A DNA stretch of 64,000 nt, from assembly GCA_902581445.1 (NCBI GenBank), contig CACHOG010000002.1:26187-90186 (forward strand), written 5' to 3'. The DNA is from an uncultured Pelagibacteraceae bacterium. GTDB taxonomy: Bacteria; Pseudomonadota; Alphaproteobacteria; Pelagibacterales; Pelagibacteraceae. Positions 62,050 through 64,000 of the stretch are shown one piece after another. Made by a program: the position numbers and the translations under genes. The notes under the pieces are model-generated. The model did no database searches and was not told the DNA's origin. It worked only from the letters and a program-made list of their open reading frames with translations. Every line of letters begins with the position of its first letter. Positions within the stretch are counted from its first letter, which is position 1.

Positions 62050-64000
62050 ATGAAAATACCACAACTTGAGAAAAAACCAGAACTAAAATCTTGTCACAAT
62101 GTGACATGGGAAGATAATTATAGCTGGATTCATCAAAATAATATTTTAGAGGTTTTAAAAGATAGCTCTAAACTCTTACCAGAGGTAAGAAAGTATCTAG
62201 AAGAGGAAAATAATTATACAGAGGAAAATTTAAAAGATACAAAAGAATATCAAAAAAAACTTTTTGATGAAATCAAGGGAAGAATTAAATTAAATGATGA
62301 GTCTTTGCCATTCAAAGATAAAAATTATGAATATTGGACTAAAACAACAACAAAAGGAAATTATTCAATTAAATTAAGAAAAAAAATTGGTTCTAATAAT
62401 GTTGAGGAAATTTGGAATGGAGATAAAGAAAAAGAAAAACTTAAAACTGAGTATTTTGGGGTTGGTGATTTAGAAGTAAGCTACAACGATAAATATTTAG
62501 CTTATTCATTAGATTTGAAAGGTTCTGAGTATTTCACTATTCATGTAAGAGATATTAAGACAAATAAGATTATAACAGATAAAATTGAAAATACTTCAGG
62601 TTCTGTCCTTTTTAGTTTAGATGATAGATTTATTTTCTATTCCAAGCTTGATGAAAATCACAGACCTAAAAAAATTTTCAGACATGAAATTGGTAAATCA
62701 ATCAAAGAAGATCTCTTGATCTTTGAGGAAAGAACCCCAGCATTTACTGTAAGCATTGGTATTAGCGCAGATGAAAAATATTATTTTATTAATTCCTCTG
62801 ATCATAATACCTCTGAGAAATACTATTTTAAAAGTAGTGAGATTTTACCTAAACCAAAAATAGTTAGAAAAAGAGAAAAAGGAATTATCTATAGCGTAAG
62901 TTCTTGGGGAGGTTATTTTTACATTCACACCAACAAAGGTGCAGAAGATTTTAAAATAGAAAGATCGAAAGATATCGAGGCATCTAAATGGGAAGTATTT
63001 ATACCGGCTAAAAATGAAACAATGATCGGTGGACTAACATTTTTAAAAAATTGGATTATTAGATCTGAACTTAATAACGCATTAGATAAAATCTTCGTAA
63101 GAGATATCAAATCAAATAAGGAGGAAGAGCTTATTTTTACTGATGAAGAAGTTTTTGATGGTAGTATTTCACATACACAAAAAGATAGAAATACTGATCT
63201 TATTTATATCTCATATTCTACTCCGAAAACCCAGGCGAGGACTTATTTGTATAATTTAAAGACTAAAGAAAAAAAATTAGTAAAGGAACAAGTTATTCCA
63301 ACAGGACATGATCCAAAAAACTATATAGTGGAAAGGATTGAATGTAATTCTGATGATGGAAGAAAAGTACCTTTAACAATAACTAGGCACAAAGATACTC
63401 CCTTGGACGGATCTTCAAATCTTCTTTTATACGGGTATGGTTCTTATGGTGCTTCAATGTCTCCATCATTTTCTTCTACAAGATTAAGTCTAATAAATAG
63501 AGATATAATTTGGGTAACCGCTCATATAAGAGGAGGAATGGAAAGAGGAATGAAGTGGTGGAAAGAAGGAAAACTTCTTAATAAGAAAAATACCTTTAAC
63601 GATTATATTGCTGCTGCAAAATTTTTAATAGAAAAAAAATATACTTCAAAAGGTAAGATTGTAGGAATGGGTGGTTCAGCTGGAGGATTGCTGATGGGTG
63701 CAGTTGTCAACAAGGCTCCAGATTTATTTTTAGGGATGATTATGGCTGTTCCATTTGTTGACAGTCTAACAACCAATCTAGACCATTCTTTACCGTTAAC
63801 AATTGGAGAATTTGACGAATTTGGAAATGCAAAAGATAATAAAGATCACTTTGATTATATTTATTCTTACGCGCCATATAATAATATAAAAAAAATGGAT
63901 TACCCAAATATTTTAATTACAACAAGTTTAAGTGATAATAGAGTTTTATTTGATGAACCAGCAAAGTTTACAGCTAAACTTAGAGATTATAAAACTGACA
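62050..64000 (+). CDS. ptrB: Oligopeptidase B (S9 family), runs off the window
   Basis: Not in the ORF track (no stop in window); MKIPQLEKKP...EDNYSW, LYGYGSYG, HIRGG, GGSAGGLLMG catalytic Ser motif, DNRV. Confidence 0.93.
   Translation, partial: MKIPQLEKKPELKSCHNVTWEDNYSWIHQNNILEVLKDSSKLLPEVRKYLEEENNYTEENLKDTKEYQKKLFDEIKGRIKLNDESLPFKDKNYEYWTKTTTKGNYSIKLRKKIGSNNVEEIWNGDKEKEKLKTEYFGVGDLEVSYNDKYLAYSLDLKGSEYFTIHVRDIKTNKIITDKIENTSGSVLFSLDDRFIFYSKLDENHRPKKIFRHEIGKSIKEDLLIFEERTPAFTVSIGISADEKYYFINSSDHNTSEKYYFKSSEILPKPKIVRKREKGIIYSVSSWGGYFYIHTNKGAEDFKIERSKDIEASKWEVFIPAKNETMIGGLTFLKNWIIRSELNNALDKIFVRDIKSNKEEELIFTDEEVFDGSISHTQKDRNTDLIYISYSTPKTQARTYLYNLKTKEKKLVKEQVIPTGHDPKNYIVERIECNSDDGRKVPLTITRHKDTPLDGSSNLLLYGYGSYGASMSPSFSSTRLSLINRDIIWVTAHIRGGMERGMKWWKEGKLLNKKNTFNDYIAAAKFLIEKKYTSKGKIVGMGGSAGGLLMGAVVNKAPDLFLGMIMAVPFVDSLTTNLDHSLPLTIGEFDEFGNAKDNKDHFDYIYSYAPYNNIKKMDYPNILITTSLSDNRVLFDEPAKFTAKLRDYKTD

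Overview
Very AT-rich, gene-dense alphaproteobacterial DNA. Gene content, order and minimal spacers point to Candidatus Pelagibacter/SAR11 (inference, no search run). Most of the window is housekeeping: petABC, hemF, greA, cca, tRNA-Gln, ispE, udg, rnhB, ccrM, mutY, smc, the F0 ATP synthase operon, the retinal cassette crtI-crtB-crtY-blh with ispH, thrB/thrC, lipid A genes, purD, pgi, ileS, ribF, groESL, cfa and ptrB. Three things stand out. (1) A ~1.5 kb integrase-less islet (53672-55209) sits at the 3' end of groEL. It is bounded by a duplicated groEL terminus and terminator, carries arm-type TTWGATGAAY repeats at both inner ends and a pair of palindromic repeats, and encodes two putative nucleases (GIY-YIG/T5orf172 with a RAMA-like domain, and a PD-(D/E)XK protein). 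(2) A CoxMNOPQ-type heme-copper oxidase lies beside cyoE/thrC instead of the usual aa3 coxBA-ctaG-coxC-surf1 set. (3) The 857-aa SMC has no recognisable hinge. All calls come from motif recognition by eye.
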